From: Gracilinanus agilis
Taxonomy: Eukaryota
Length of the DNA: 64,000 bases
NCBI RefSeq assembly: GCF_016433145.1
Contig: NC_058130.1
Location: 53,610,355-53,674,354 of the forward strand
Direction of reading: 5' to 3'
The stretch's first letter is position 1; each line of letters begins with the position of its first letter. Under the pieces are notes generated by a model. That model did no database searches. It was given only the letters and a program-made list of their open reading frames with translations, and had not been told where the DNA came from. The translations under genes and the position numbers were made by a program. This document shows positions 63,413-64,000 of this stretch, piece by piece.

Positions 63413-63588
63413 ACAGCATGGACTTCTGGAGGTCAGTTAAGTTCGTTGACTACAGCTGCCAGGACCAGATGGCCATGACCCTAGACCTGCGTTGCCCAGT
63501 GAAATTAGAGGCCTCCCTATGCCAGAAACAGAGTTGGAACAGTCCATGTGAAGACCTTCCCAATGCCACAGTCTCTGAGTCAGATCGG
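63413..63588 (+). CDS. IL17RE: IL17RE exon 9
   Basis: (Y)SMDFWRSVKFVDYSCQDQMAMTLDLRCPVKLEASLCQKQSWNSPCEDLPNATVSESDR|GTAAGG. Confidence 0.95.
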
Positions 63589-63589
63589 G

Positions 63590-63725
63590 TAAGGGAGGGT
63601 GAAGAGAGGTGGGGAAAGACAGACACACAGACAGAGAGGGAGGGAAGGAGGGAGAGGGAGACAGAGAGAAAGAGTGAGACAGGAGAGAGAGCAAGATGGG
63701 GAGAGGGAGGGAGACAGAGGGAAAG
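63590..63725. repeat. GA-rich low-complexity intronic tract
   Basis: Read directly. Confidence 0.85.
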
Positions 63726-63842
63726 AGCAGATTTTTTCATCTTTATCACTAAGGAAGTTTTTACTACATTGTGGCCCCACAGCTAGAGATGAGCTGTTGG
63801 GGCTCAGAACTTCTCCTGTCTAACTCTCTTCTCTCCTAATAG

Positions 63843-63890
63843 TGGTATATCTTGGAGAAGGTGGATTTGCACCCACATCTCTGCTTCAAG
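63843..63890 (+). CDS. IL17RE: IL17RE exon 10 (gene continues beyond the window)
   Basis: taatAG acceptor; WYILEKVDLHPHLCFK|GTATGT. Confidence 0.93.
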
Positions 63891-64000
63891 GTATGTCTCC
63901 AGCAGCAGAAGTTTCTGGGAGGGAAAAGAGTTGATGCTTTGGCTAAAGAGGGTTTGAGCAGATCACACAAAATGAGCTTCTCTCCCCCATTCACCTCCAT

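Noticed and set aside
1-64000. CRISPR arrays, rRNA, or prokaryotic operons and defence systems
   Set aside because: This is mammalian spliced genomic DNA, and no regularly spaced repeat-spacer array or rRNA-like sequence was seen.

Overview
Eukaryotic, intron-containing, repeat-rich mammalian genomic DNA. It is very probably marsupial (opossum/Monodelphis-like), inferred from the many tRNA-derived SINE1_Mdo/MAR1-type SINEs and the low CpG outside islands. It holds the gene block I recall as syntenic with human 3p25: RPUSD3 (minus; first two coding exons, the rest lies left of the window), CIDEC/FSP27 (minus; complete, 241 aa, plus a candidate 10-aa-extended beta-type first exon), JAGN1 (plus; complete, 183 aa) and IL17RE (plus; coding exons 1-10, continues past the window). 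All exons were built by hand from GT-AG boundaries with consistent phases; gene identities rest on my recall of the human proteins, not on a search. A 4857-bp segment (JAGN1 exon 2, its 3' UTR and downstream DNA) is tandemly repeated across a single N, most likely an assembly/haplotype artefact. The remainder is SINEs, L1, L3/CR1 and RTE-like LINE fragments, solo LTRs, hAT MITEs with 8-bp TSDs, a degenerate 7SL-derived element and microsatellites. I found no convincing wholly new multi-gene system. The most original leads are a possible microexon-controlled start-codon/frame switch in IL17RE, the CIDEC beta-type exon, and a perfect 41-bp inverted repeat around an LTR-like element. Repeat boundaries without a stated TSD are approximate.
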